A DNA stretch of 64,000 nt from Camelus ferus. Its lineage: Eukaryota. The stretch spans positions 28,150,001 through 28,214,000 of the forward strand of contig NC_045696.1 in the NCBI RefSeq assembly GCF_009834535.1. Direction: 5' to 3'. Shown piece after piece: positions 1-12,298 of the stretch. The notes below the pieces were generated by a model that was not told where the DNA came from, ran no database searches, and saw only the letters and a list, made by a program, of their open reading frames with translations. Position numbers and translations under genes: made by a program. The number at the start of each line of letters is the position of its first letter. Positions within the stretch are counted from its first letter, which is position 1.

Positions 1-1099
1 GTCACAGCTGCTGATGCTTGTGGGCATTCGTAACTTCAAAGAATATTCCTTCCTCTAGTCCTATTTCCAATTTGCCCGAAAGCCAGTCGCTTTACATAAA
101 GGAAAAAGTGATGGGATTATTTTCAGAAACAAAGCCTTTTTTTTTTAATTTGTTGTGTCATGTAACAACTTTCCATTTCTTACTTAATATTGGTGCTAAA
201 TGGCTGATTTAACAATTAGGGATAATTTTGTTTTAATCGTGCAGTAATAATTTATATAAGTTCATCAAGAATTCCCTTGAAGATAAAATATGAATAGTTT
301 GTATGCATGTGGGTATGCATGTAAAAATTTTAGGCTGTAATTAACGCATTAAAACATGTGAGAGATTTAATGTTCTAGAACTGCTAACACAGGTCAGGTA
401 TTGTGGGTAAATAATGGATACAGGCTGGATTCAACTTGAGTGACAATGAGCATGCTTAGTGTCAGTACAAGTTCGATTTGTTTAGGTTACGGTTCCAGCC
501 AAATTTCTTTTTAGTCTAGAGTCCCTGTTTTAGGAAGCAAAGTAGTTGAGTGTTTAGAGAAAGCAATGAATGGGCTTTGTTTCTGGAAATTACATTTGGC
601 TGAAAAGTTGTTCTTTATTTGCAAAGAGCAACAATTAAGGTTTTCTTGGTCTGAGGCATTTTTGGCTTTTTTAATTTTAACTATTTCTGAGACAAAGTCT
701 CTTGCTAACAGCAGTCACATTTCCTGTATTTGAAGATATTTATAGTTTTCCTAAGTAAGTCAAGTCCCCTTCAGGGGCTGACGACACCATTGCACTCTAT
801 GAGAGACACACCAGTCATTGGATTACCACAAATTCAGCTCTAAAGAGAGACAGAAAACTCTCCTTATTTTCAATTTTTCCTATAGGGGAAGCCTTTATGA
901 CCAACCAAATTAAAATTTTCTTCACAAGGAGTCAGTAGCTACAAATCAAAAACCCCAGAAAGTCCTTTCCGTCACTAATAAACAAAAATCACACAATAAT
1001 CCACTTTTTTCCTGAAAATAGAGTACTAATATTTTATGAAACGATCAGCAAGTGGCTAAAATTTCTACTAAGGATTCAGAGTAACTACGAATATACAAC

Positions 1100-1235
1100 T
1101 GAGACTGACAGCTCTGGGAATTTAGCAGGTTATTTAAAATATTTTAAGCCTCAGTTTCCTCAATTGAGAATAGAAATGACCTTACAGAGCTCCTGAGAGG
1201 GTGGAAATTGTGTAATGTTTGTAAAGCAATTAATA
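1100..1235 (+). mobile_element. MIR SINE fragment
   Basis: MIR core-like 'aagcctcagtttcctcaattgagaatag...ccttacagag...gtaaagca'. Confidence 0.7.
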
Positions 1236-2669
1236 TTAAGTCCAATACTTGACTGTTTGCAATACATGAAAGCAATTAATATTATTAAGCCAGCAATCCA
1301 CTTTGACTCTCATACTGTCTTTTAAAATAGTATTTTTATTTTAGAAATTAATGTTTGCTGCAAGAATTTTGGAAAATGGAGAAATACAAAAAATGAAAAG
1401 TAAAATAACCCATAATTGTACCACACTAAGATGAAAACTATATTTTCCATGTGTTGCTTTGTTTTTTGCTCCCCTTCTCTGACCCCCTCCAGAAAGTTCA
1501 TTCTGAATATAATCTCTTATAATTGGAAAACTTATAATTTTGCACAAAGCAAAATGAAATTTGGATTCACTTTATCTGTAGGTAACTATTTCATTTTCTA
1601 GACAGTCATTTAAGGAATATCCTATATTCTTTGTACAAGGTAACACTTCTGCACTACATTCTGAAATTGTACCAAAAATACAGCTTACCTATCTATATCC
1701 ATGTATGCATTTCTCTATATTTACAGAAAAGAAATATCAATCAAAACAATGCTAAAAGTTGGGGAAAAAACAGGTAATTCACAGGGATACAACAGTATAT
1801 TATATAATTTTGATATGATAATACTTTTAAATTAATTCCTGCTGAAAATTATATAACAAAAAGATGAAACTGACATTTAAATTCTAATTATGTTTGCATT
1901 TGGTCAAGCATGGTGCTTCTGTTGCTATCATTACAGCTATTTAATGATCTCAGATCTGAGCCAAAATTTCAAGTGTCTGTGGGAAACCACATTAAAAGTG
2001 CATTTGGTCATTAGAGTACTACCAGTATGTGTGTATGAGCCTGTACATCCCACAGGAATTGGGATGAAACAAAAGTAAATGAGCATTTTCTTTGATATAT
2101 ATGTTTGCCTTGAAATTTTATATACTTATATTAGCTTAGTGATAAATATTCAAAAATGCAAAATCTCTCTAAGATACATTGAATCCAGCTCTCAATTATT
2201 GAGTTTAATGAGGGGTGGGGATAGCATGGATAATTGAAATTCACAGACGATATAGATGTCAGACAATAGTTGCTCACTCTTCCCTCACAGCTGCATTAAC
2301 AAGAGCTGCTATTAAGATCCGTTTGAGCTTCCCCTCCTCTCTATGAACTTGGACAGCTTCCAAGGGAGAAGACAAATGACAAAATGGCAGGTAGCTGGAG
2401 GCTAAAGAAAAATAGCAAGGTGATCTGAACAATCTATACGTGAATGATCAGCACTGCTGAACAGAGAGGGATCTGATGCAGAAAGCACAGGGATAACTAG
2501 TAATTAATATTTTAAAGTTATTCCTCTTGATTGCTGAAAAAATGGGGATAAAGAATGTTGAATCTTACAGAACTGTAGTCACTGGTGACTAATACCAATC
2601 AGTGGAAAATGTTAACTAAATCTTCTTTTGATATTTATAAAAAAGGTTTAAATAAAAAAATCAGAGCCT

Positions 2670-2871
2670 GTATAGTATTGTCATGGGAAAGAAGGCAAAC
2701 TATGACGATGGACCAAGAAGATTTAAATTCCCATTTTGTCATAATTGCCTTGGTGACTTTGGGAAAGTAGTTTAATGTTTTCTACACCTTCGTTAATGCA
2801 ACTACAAAGTAGGTCTACCGATAGCTCTGACCTCACTGGGTTGTTGTGAGAATTAATGAAACTAATACATA
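2670..2871 (+). mobile_element. MIR SINE
   Basis: 'gtgactttgggaaagtagtttaa...cctcactgggttgttgtgagaattaatgaaactaatacat'. Confidence 0.75.
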
Positions 2872-2873
2872 CT

Positions 2874-3191
2874 GTATTGTTGCCCTACTGCTGTGTAACA
2901 AATTACCACAAAGTTTGCTGCTTAAAACAAATGTTTTATTATCTCAGAGTGCCTATGGGTCTGGAATCCAGGGACAGCTTAGTTATATCCTCAGCTTAGG
3001 GTCTCACAAGGCTTCATTCAAAGCATTTGACAGGTTAATCTAGAGGCTCAGCTGAGGGATAATATGCTTCCAGTTTCACTCAAGTTGTTGGAAAGGGTGT
3101 ATTTCCTTGAGGCTTCATGCCACCTATTGTTTGAAGGCTGCCCTCAGTATCTCGTCACACTGGTCTCTCAACATGGCCTCTTCCCCGCAAG
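2874..3191 (-). mobile_element. MaLR LTR (MLT1-type) fragment
   Basis: 'ctgctgtgtaacaaattaccacaaag...gcttaaaacaa...tttattatctcag...gggtctggaatccagg' is the reverse of a typical MLT1 3' end. Confidence 0.8.
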
Positions 3192-3559
3192 TATAGGGTT
3201 TAATTCTAAAAATGTCTATTAAAGGGCTCAGCATATTAGGTATTCCCAAAAACCAGCTGTTGATATTAGTAGTATTGTTACTGTGTTGTAATCCATAATT
3301 TGGCAATGAAAGGAGCCAAAGATGTATGACTCTCCATTCCTATTGGGGATGGGAACTAATTAGCAAAATTAAATAATCACCTATTACAACTGATTAATCT
3401 GTCTTTTGATAATGATACCAAATTATGGTACTTGTCATCATGGTAAAAAAAAAAAGAAAGATAAGGCATCTTATGTGATGTTGCTACCAATCAAATTTCA
3501 ATATAAAAATACACAATCCTACACATAGTATCATAGAGATTTTACAGATTATTTTTGAC

Positions 3560-4440
3560 ATTGTAAGCTTTGTAGAAATAAATTCTTAGGCCTTAGGATA
3601 ATTAGTGAAAGCACTATATTTAACGGGGGACATTTGCACTTTATCTTGATAAATAACATTTATTATAAGTAAAGAGAGGTAATTACGTAACTGAGTGTTG
3701 GTGAAGGGAAATGTAAGAGGGAGAGCAAAAGTTAAAGTATACTAAAATCTTGTCATGTTAAGAAACTTATTATAGATATGGATTACTTTTACTTGAATTG
3801 GTATAATAGACATGAACATATATGTATGTCGAATTTATAAGTGCAAATTTATAACTAAAAATAGCGTTCAGGCTGTCCAAACAATTGGAACAAAAACAAC
3901 AACTATATTAAGACAAACAGCTCAATCTAGCAAAACTAAGGAAAAAAGGATGGTGAATAGGAAACACGACACATCAAATAGAAAATAGCATAAATAAACC
4001 CATACATGTAATTTATTAAATAACTATAAAATGGTTAAATTTCTTATAAAAGTAGTATTTACATCAGTATCAAACACCAAACACAAATCTTGGGTTAATA
4101 CTTCTTACAAGAAATAAAACTGATGAAAACACAACTTTCAAAGTAAAAGGTGGAAAATACATACAAGGTAAATGCTTACAAGTAGTAATCATGAGTGGTA
4201 ATATTAATAGTAAACAATCTAGAATCAGGATAAATTGGAATCAACAGATATTTTATATTGATAAATGTATTAATGGACAATCTATAACAGACTTTTTGCA
4301 GCATTGAACAGAGTATTGAAATACATTAATCATGAATAATGAAAAATACAAAAAGAAAGCTATAAAACCACACTAGTGGTAGAAGATAAAAATCGAATAA
4401 AAAGACACAATAAAAGATTAAGTAAAATTAAGCATATAAG
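3560..4440 (+). mobile_element. Ancient L1 (L1M/L1ME) inter-ORF and ORF2 5' (endonuclease) relic
   Basis: A-rich; 'cttacaagaaa', 'aagtaaaaggtggaaaatacatacaaggtaaatgc', 'gagtggtaatattaatagtaaacaa' resemble the start of ORF2. Confidence 0.6.
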
Positions 4441-4449
4441 GCAAGAGAA

Positions 4450-5790
4450 AGTGAGACCCTCAGATATGCAAGGAAACAGTGAATTTAGCTTTTGCATTGA
4501 AAGTTTTTGCTAAAATTTGTGAACTTGATTTTGGTTTTCAATTTTATTCTACAGGCCTGAGGGAAGCTAAAGAAACTCCAGTGTCTGTCAAAGGCTACAA
4601 ACTTTGCAGGAAATGCTTCACAAGTGCTGGATTGTGAAGAACTACTCTTAACAAAAGAGTGAATTAGAAATTAACTCCACCTTGCAAGGCATCTGAAGCA
4701 AAATATTCTTTTTCAAAGTTATTGATGAATGGAGTAGGAAATATATTTCATGAGATTTCCTGATCGCAAACTACAAGAGAAAGTCGTACGTTGTGTTTAA
4801 ACCAAATGGACACTACCTGATAGTCAGCAAAACTTCAGGCATGTAAATTGGTTTAAAGGTTTTCTGAGCTGTTAATCTTCATGAGTATATGGTAGAAACA
4901 AATATTAATATTTTGTTAAACATCTTAATTTCTAGCCTCAAAGAACTTCCACATAAAATTAAAATCAATTCAAGCAAACAGTCCTAAAATTAAACAACAC
5001 ACACACATACACACACACAGACACACACACACAGAAAAGGCACCTTGATTGAGAATAAGCAGAAACTGCAGATATTTAAATTAACAGTTAAGATTTCAGA
5101 ATCTTTTAAGGACTAAAAAATAATAAAAATTTGAGCAAGCAGCATAGAATACAGAATTGCCAAGAAGATTCTTTTAAAGCCCACGTAAAACTTCTAGAAA
5201 TTAACAAAACAATAGCCATTGAAGTAAAAAACAGATTTGAAAACAGAAAGTACAAGCAATGACTACCAAAGGATAATAACCACTTTACATTATCCAAAGT
5301 GCAAAATAAAAGATAAAGATTTTGAAAACATAAACCTATGTCAACAGTCAGGACAGTCAGAGTAAGGAAATTTACAGTAAATCTATTTGGAGTTCCAAAT
5401 CAACAGGAAATAGAAATTTGGACGGAGGTATTGTTTAATCGTGGAATACCTTGAAAATTTTCAGAAATGATAAAAAATACCAAAAATATGACAAGTTTTC
5501 AATTAGTAATGAAAGGAATCCAAACTTAGTCATAGCATGTTGATAGCTCAGCACACTAAAGTCAAACAGTTGCTAACAGGTGCCAGAGACAAAAGACAGA
5601 TTAGTGTCAAAGAATGTTAAATTGTTGGTCAATTTCTCAGCAGCAGGAAAGGAAGCCAGATGAAAGTGGAATCACATTTTCAACATGCTAAGAGTGCATC
5701 CGTACCCAGCAAGAATTCTGTCTCTATTGGAGATAACTGTCAAGAATGAGGAACAACAAAGAAGATTCTTCTAACATAAACTGTAAGTTT
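4450..5790 (+). mobile_element. Ancient L1/HAL1 5' region and ORF1 relic
   Basis: 'ggagttccaaa', 'gaaaattttcagaaatgataaaaaatac', 'ggaagccagatgaaagtggaatcacattttcaacatgctaaga' resemble L1 ORF1. Confidence 0.65.
4996..5033 (+). repeat. (CA)n microsatellite, imperfect
   Basis: acacacacacatacacacacacagacacacacacaca. Confidence 0.95.
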
Positions 5791-5792
5791 TA

Positions 5793-7770
5793 TGGGAATA
5801 ATTCATTAGTAGAGAAAAGTAAAAATGATAATGCAGGATATCAACGGGAAGTTTGCTGATACTCTTGAGTGTAATGGAATGGATCTAAAACATGCAGTGC
5901 TTGCAATTAGAAAAAATCATGGCTATCCATTTAGCATAGGTTATGCTTTGCTTCAGACAACCCCAAAATTCTAGTGGCTTAAAATGAAAAAGGTTATTTC
6001 TTCCCTGTGCTATATGTTAAACATTAGCTGGACAGAGATTCTGTCTTCATCATGACTATACTCCCAGAATAGCCATTACTTAGAACATCCCTCTCTCCAA
6101 GGGATGAAAAGAGATCTCCCAGGAACTTCCACTGTCATTAAGTGATCTGGTCTAGGAATGGGACATATGATTTTCATTCTCAGTTCATCGGCCAGAACTA
6201 ACTCATGGACCCACCCAACCCTAAAGGATTATGCAAAGTCATCATGTGCTCAGAAGGCAAAATAACCTCAATCCTTGGAAGACAGTAGTAATGACTACCA
6301 CATGTGGATAGATAATCTGTTTAACAGAAAGAATGTCAAAGAACAAAGAAACAGATATTGATACATGCATAGATGTGCTGGTGAGTGCTGGTTGAGTGGG
6401 GAAATGTGGTGGATATTTTGCCTGATTGCTTCATATAAAACAAGATTAATATCTGAAATTGAATAAGAGATATGAAGCACTGGATAAGAGGGGGAAAGAC
6501 ACAAAATAGAACAGAAAAATAGGGTAAATGAGCTATAGAAATAATTATGATTTTCAATCAGCATAAAGTGCTTACATCATATTAAAAATAATAAAGTAAA
6601 TGGGACACAATTATAACTGGATTATGTGTGCTTTCCCAGTCATGTTCAACTGGTATAAAGAAGGGGAACATTGTATTTAACAAGGCCATAGTTTTTCCAA
6701 GACCATGTGCAAGGAAGAAAGAGGGAAAAAGGAGTTGAGAGTGTATGCATTTTAATGATGAGCCGCAGAAAATAACCTACTCAATGAGAGAAGCAATGCA
6801 CAAGGATGAGGAGGGTGAAAACTTTTAAAAGAAAAATTATGAGATCTGTGGGGGTCAAAGATTTTATGGACTTCAGATGCCAGGGAAAGTGAGGTGGGAA
6901 TGGTATAAGTGGTGGTCAGAGAGTGGGATGCTTGAAGTTGAGGCTGTTGAATTAGTTATTGGTAATGACTGGAAGATAATTTTTGGGTGCAGCACAAGCA
7001 AGATCCTTGCAGGAGATGAATTCAAGAAATTGAGAGGACAGTATATCAAGAGTCCCTTGCTTTTGTGGATACCAGAATCACTCAGGTTAGAGATGGGGCA
7101 GTATGAAAGTGACTGACAGTGAGAACACTAAAATCTTCAAGAAGGAAGAGGATTAAGAGATAACTGATAAAGGAGCAGTAGCTATTTTGAACACATGCAG
7201 TTCAAAGATATGTATAGGAATGGCTTTAAAAGTGACAAAGAATAGTAAGGAAGACTCCCATACTGCCTTCAAGCTCAGTGACAGGAGGGGTGTAGGACTG
7301 AAAACAGGCACAGCCCATTTTAATGACCTCAGGAAATACCCAGATTTTAATTACAGCCAGAAAGGAAAACGGTCTTTTAGAGAATCCTGGTGACAATGGG
7401 GAGTAAGCGTCGGAGGCCACTATGAAGAAATCTATAAGTTGGAAATGAGTGGGAGTTAGGGGTAGAGTAGGAAAATATGAAGCCATGTGGCATTTAAAGA
7501 GTGAAAAAACAATGGGGGCATGGAATCTGGGTGTTAACTGGCACCAAGAGGGATAAAGGACACAATCAGACTCATTCTGCTGATCTTGCGGCAGAAAGAA
7601 GTGGCAAGGTAGGGAAGTCAGGGAAAGTGCATGTTTGAAGCCCAAAACCCTTTCAAAGGAGACATGGAGGCCTGGAGACTGGGCAGACTTTATTCCATGG
7701 GCACTGGGCTTCCTCGTGACACTTTCAGATGTATAAGGAAACTCCTGGGGGATGGTGAAGGTTATCATTC
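5793..7770 (-). mobile_element. L2 LINE, internal/5' ORF2 part including endonuclease relic, split by an MLT1 LTR
   Basis: 'gagtgggatgcttgaagttgag...gttattggtaatgac...aaatcttcaagaagg' match the antisense L2 consensus; the minus ORF 7226-7768 contains FLAVIKIWVFPE...SYTPPVTELEGSMGVFL, resembling L2 APE LLALTETWLSPE...SHTPR..G.GGGVGVLL. Confidence 0.8.
5923..6302 (-). mobile_element. MaLR LTR (MLT1J/K-like) nested in L2
   Basis: 'caaccccaaaattctagtggcttaaa...ggccagaactaactcatggacccacccaacc...aatgactaccaca' (reverse begins TGTGGTAGTC). Confidence 0.8.
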
Positions 7771-8617
7771 AAAATCATGAAAACACATCTTCACTTTCTC
7801 AAGAAGAGTATGTTACCTTACGAAATATTTTTATTTAATTACATCTGTGTGCCTGCTGGAAGTAAAACATGAATAATTTTTCTTCTATTATATTGTTACA
7901 GCACATTAAAGTCACTTTTACCCTAACAGTACTTTTAAAATTCAAACTTAGGGGCAAATTTATATTCTAAGCATTTAGCAGAACAGGGACCAATCAAAGA
8001 AAATGTGATTTTCTTTCTTAAAAGTAAATCTCTGCTCCAGGCATTGAATATTCTGCTGTTTCCATCCAATAAATAATAACTAATACTATATCTTCAATTA
8101 AGCAGACACATTCCTAAAGGGCATCTAGGATAGATAATCACTCTTCAGAAACTTATTTTCTATGGATGAAAAAACCCAATGCACTAATTCTCATACCTGA
8201 AGCATCACCATTTTTAGCTCTAAAACTGACACAACTAATATACTTTCTGAAATTAAAGTTAAAAGCACAGCCTTTGAAAAATGGCAGTGGCTGCCTAACA
8301 TGAAACGTGAATAACAGTGTATGATTTCCAATAAAGGCATAGGCTTTCTCAAATTTCTGCTCTCACAGATTTTATCCTGGCTGTATAATTCACCAGGAAA
8401 TGGCTCATAGGAGTGAGCATTAATGGAGACAGATTGTGGACACAATTCTACCTCACAGAGTCCTAGGATCATATAGCAAATTCATCCAGCAATAGTCCAT
8501 ACAGGAATAAATGGACATTTTCTTCATCATTTGCACAGAAATCTCTGTTATTCCTTCTAATGTCAATTGTCAATTTAAGAAAAGTACATCTCTCAAAGAT
8601 GGCTTACTTTTTCTTGT

Positions 8618-8636
8618 TCACACACACACACACACA
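8618..8636 (+). repeat. (CA)n microsatellite
   Basis: cacacacacacacacaca. Confidence 0.9.
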
Positions 8637-9417
8637 AATCCCAAACTACACAGGAAGGTTATACTGAATGGTTCTAAATATTAAGAAGAAAAATAGAACT
8701 AGCTTATGACTTCTTGCCCTTACATGGGCATAACTAAATCCCTTACATTTATTTTTTAAGGTTTTTAAAGAATATGGAGATATTTCAAAAAGTTTATGAA
8801 GTTAGCCAATGAAAGAGCTGGAAATAAAATCAAGTCACATAATTCTAAGCTCAGAACGGGTTCAAGTTGCTGCAAAACAGTCACCTTCAAAGAAGTGAGT
8901 CAGGAAATTAAGAATCAAAATTATAATCTTATTCAAAATGTGTAAGTGTAAAAAGCATATATAGGATATAGTAATAGTTTTAGAACTACTTTTTTACATA
9001 TCAGTCATAGTTTAAAAAATACTGTGCAGTCCTATTTATTTATCTAATCATTTAACATGAAAGTATGATTTAATATGTTTGAGTCTATCCTTTGGTAAAC
9101 CGACAAAACCTTGCATTTCAAATGGACAAAAGGTGATAGTTTAATGTCTCCAAATTCAATGTGAACTGTGTTTCTGTAATAACTGAGAGATATGGCAAGT
9201 TTCCCTTCTCCCTGTCCCTGTCCCTATTCCTTTCCTATCCCTCATGAAATTCCAATATAATGGATGTTTTTTAAATTTTTGTTTGACAGTCCTTTATTTC
9301 ATAAGATTTAAAGCAAAAATCTAACAAGATTTTGACCTTATTATATTGATTTGATTTCACATTGTATACTCTGTAATCAGAATATACAAAAGTAAAATTA
9401 AGCTGATAAGAATATTG

Positions 9418-11120
9418 TTTTTATTAAGATATACCTAACGTAATATGAATTCACCCTTTTAAAGTTTAATTAAAAACACAGTCATTTTTAGTATATTCTC
9501 AAACCTAGGAAACCATCACAATGATCTAATTACAAAACATCTTCATCATCACAAAAAAAACCTCATAGCCATTAGCAGTCATTCCCCAATTCCCCTTGAT
9601 CCCAGTTTCTGGAAATCACTCTCTATTTTCTATCTCTAGGAATGTATCTATTCTGGACAATTCATATAAATTAATCACAAAATGTGGCCTCATGTGTTGG
9701 CCTTCTTTCACCTAGCAGGTTTTCAAGGTTCATTCACCTTCTATCGTGTATCAGTACTCCATTTTTTTATGGCTGAATAATATTCCAATGTTTGGCTACA
9801 CTATGATTTGTTTATCCATTCATAAAATAACATACACTCCAGTTGCTTCCAATGTTTGTCCATAGTGAATAATACTGCTATGAATATCCATGTACAAGTT
9901 TTTGTGTGGACATGTGCTTTCAGTTCTCTTGACTATATACCTAGGAGTAGCATTGCTGAGACATATGGTAATGCTATGTTTAACACTGAAGAACGGTTGA
10001 ACTGTTTTCAAAAGTGGTTGCACCATTTTATATTCAGTGTAAGATGGTCCAGTTACTCCATATTCTCACCAATACTAGTTATCATTCATCGTTTTTATTA
10101 TTGCCCACTTTATGCATGTGGAATTGTATCTCATTGTGGTTTTGATTTGCATTTCCTAATGACTACTGATAAGCATATTTTAATGTGTTTATTGGACACT
10201 GGAATATCATATTTGGAGATTATTCAAATTCTTTGCTCACTTTTAATTGAATTGTTTTTCTTTTTAATGTTGAGCCACAGTGTTTTATATATTCTGAATG
10301 CAAGTCTGTTATTAGATATTTAATTAGAAAATATTTTCTCTCATTCTGTGTATTGTGTGTTTTGTTTCTTGATGATGTCCTTTGAAACTTAAATGTTTTC
10401 ATTTTGGTGAAGTCCAGTTTATCTATTTTATATTTTGTTGCTTATATTTTTTATCTTATATCTAAGAAATGTTTGCCTAATCTAAGGTCATAAAAATTTT
10501 ATGCCTGTTGTCTTCTAAGAGTTTCATAATTTTAGCTTTTACATTTAGGTGTTTGAAACATTTTGAGTTAATTTGTGTATATGATGTGAGCCAGGGTTCA
10601 AATGAATTCTTTTTTTAGGATTTCAGCTTTATTGATCCAGTAATCCTACATCTGGGTGTATATCCACAGGAAATGAAAATAATATGTTGATGAGATACCT
10701 GCACTCCCATTTTCATTGCAGCAATAATAATGATATTGTGAATAAATTCACAATACCCAAGATATGGAAACAACCTAAGGTTCCAACAACAGATGAATAG
10801 ACAAAGGAGAATATATATATATATACATATATATATTCTTTATTAATATATTTATCTTTTATATATATTCTTTATACATATAAAAGTATATAATTAATAT
10901 ATATTAATTTCAACTTAATTCTTTTGCACTTAGCTATCCAGTTATCCCAGCACCATTTGTTGAAAAGACTTCATCCTTCATTGGCTAGTCTTGTTACATT
11001 TATGGATAGCAATTGACAATTGACCATAGACATACGTGTTTATTTGTGGATCTCTATTCTATTCCATTGATCTATATGTTTAACCTACTCCAGTACTACA
11101 CCATCTTGATTATTGTAGCT
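9418..11120 (-). mobile_element. L1MB-type LINE-1 (3' UTR and ORF2 3' part), interrupted at 10614-10908
   Basis: 'ccattagcagtcattcccc', 'gtgaataatactgctatgaatatccatgtacaagtttttgtgtggacat', 'gtatctcattgtggttttgatttgcatttcctaatgact', 'cagcaccatttgttgaaaagact'. Confidence 0.92.
10614..10908. mobile_element. Nested L1MA-type insertion with 5' inversion and AT-rich expansion
   Basis: Minus-strand tail (T-run + 'tttcagctttattga') fused to plus-strand ORF2 end 'tgatccagtaatcc...tggaaacaacctaagg'; 17-bp TSD at 10597-10613 and 10909-10925. Confidence 0.8.
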
Positions 11121-11129
11121 AATATTAAT

Positions 11130-11960
11130 GAAGAGCCTTGCATGTGATGAGTAATTCTCTCTTGCTACCTGTATGATTCTCTATTTGTCTTTGCTTTTCA
11201 TTAGTTTAACTGTGTGTTTAGACATATATGTCTCTGTATTAAAATTTATATGAAGTTCAATGCTCCAGCAGACAGTTTACTGTAGTTCTGCCTTACCTTT
11301 CATTTCCTGGTTATATAGAGTAAAAGGTAGGGCAGGGATGAGATCTTAGGGCATTCTCTTGTGTTTCTTGGGCATGTGCACAGCTCTGAATATGAGTGTG
11401 GCCCTCTAAATTCACAGGAATAAATTGGAGCTTTCCAAAGTTGCAAATGTACATCTCAATACCTAACTTTTACTTTTCTATTTTTTCAGCCAACTTTTTA
11501 CCACAACTGCTAGCACTGCTGCCTGGGGTAGATGTGATGTTAAACAACTGTCTCTGGGTGGGAAGGGATAAATTTGGGAGTTTGCGATTTGGAAATGTTA
11601 GCCACTATATATAAAAATAGGTTAAAAAACAAATTTCTTCTGCATAGCACAAGGGACTATATTCAATATCTTGTAATAACCTTTAATGAAAAAGAATATG
11701 AAAATGAATATATGTATGTATATGCATGACTGGGACACTATGCTGTACACCAGAAATTGAGACATTGTAACTGACAATACTTCAGTACAAAATAAATAAA
11801 TAGATAAAAACAATTGTCTCTGTTTCAAAAACACACTGGGGATAAAGCTGTGTGCAGTGAGCAAGTTCTGAGTTACATCAAATAAAGACAAGGTTTCCAG
11901 GTAACTACCATACAGATCATATAATGGCAGTAATCTAGGGGTGGGTCTTTGGCAAGTTAA
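11130..11960 (-). mobile_element. Old L1M ORF1/5' UTR fragment, split by a camelid L1 tail
   Basis: 'ttctctcttgctacctgtatgattctctatttgtctttg' (antisense ORF1), then 'gggcatgtgcacagctctgaatatgagtgtggccctctaaattcacaggaata'. Confidence 0.6.
11557..11807 (+). mobile_element. Camelid L1 3' UTR tail, 5'-truncated
   Basis: 'gggataaatttgggagtttg...aaatttcttctgcatagcac...gcatgactgggacactatgctgtacaccagaaattga' with A-rich tail; TSD aaacaa(c/t)tgtctctg at 11542-11556 and 11808-11822. Confidence 0.92.
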
Positions 11961-12094
11961 TACAGGATCTCAAAGCTTTGATTTTAGGTATTTATATATA
12001 TTCATATAAAATTAATAAAGGTTCCAGACAACTTGATTTGGCATCACGGACAGTGTAAAACAATGTTATGTTGTAAAATAATTAGATGCTGTGA

Positions 12095-12298
12095 TTTATT
12101 GGGAAAGCTGAGGCTTTGGAACCTACAAATATGAACTCAATGCCAGCGACATAATATGTCTTACAATACTGGGTAAATCTCTTTACTCAAGTGTTTCTTC
12201 ACCATTTAAGGAGGAATAAAAACTTTGCCACATGAGGTTGATATAAGAATTAGGTTAGATATACTGCCCAATGCAGTTTCATAGTAAACACTGATCAC
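12095..12298 (+). mobile_element. MIR SINE, degraded
   Basis: 'ggctttgga...ctgggtaaatctcttta...catgaggttgatataagaattagg...catagtaaacactgat'. Confidence 0.55.

Noticed and set aside
1223..1310. Duplicated aaagcaattaatatta unit
   Set aside because: Two diverged copies only, at a MIR end; not an array
2180..2510. Possible Tigger-like DNA transposon relic
   Set aside because: Similarity too faint to define terminal repeats or family by eye
9856..10323. 155-aa ORF
   Set aside because: Antisense frame of an L1MB relic (SHCGFDLHFLM is a familiar antisense-L1 peptide); not a gene
12037..12057. RE1/REST-like motif TTTGGCATCACGGACAGTGTA
   Set aside because: Right half matches, but the critical left half CAGCACC is degenerate (15/21 overall)
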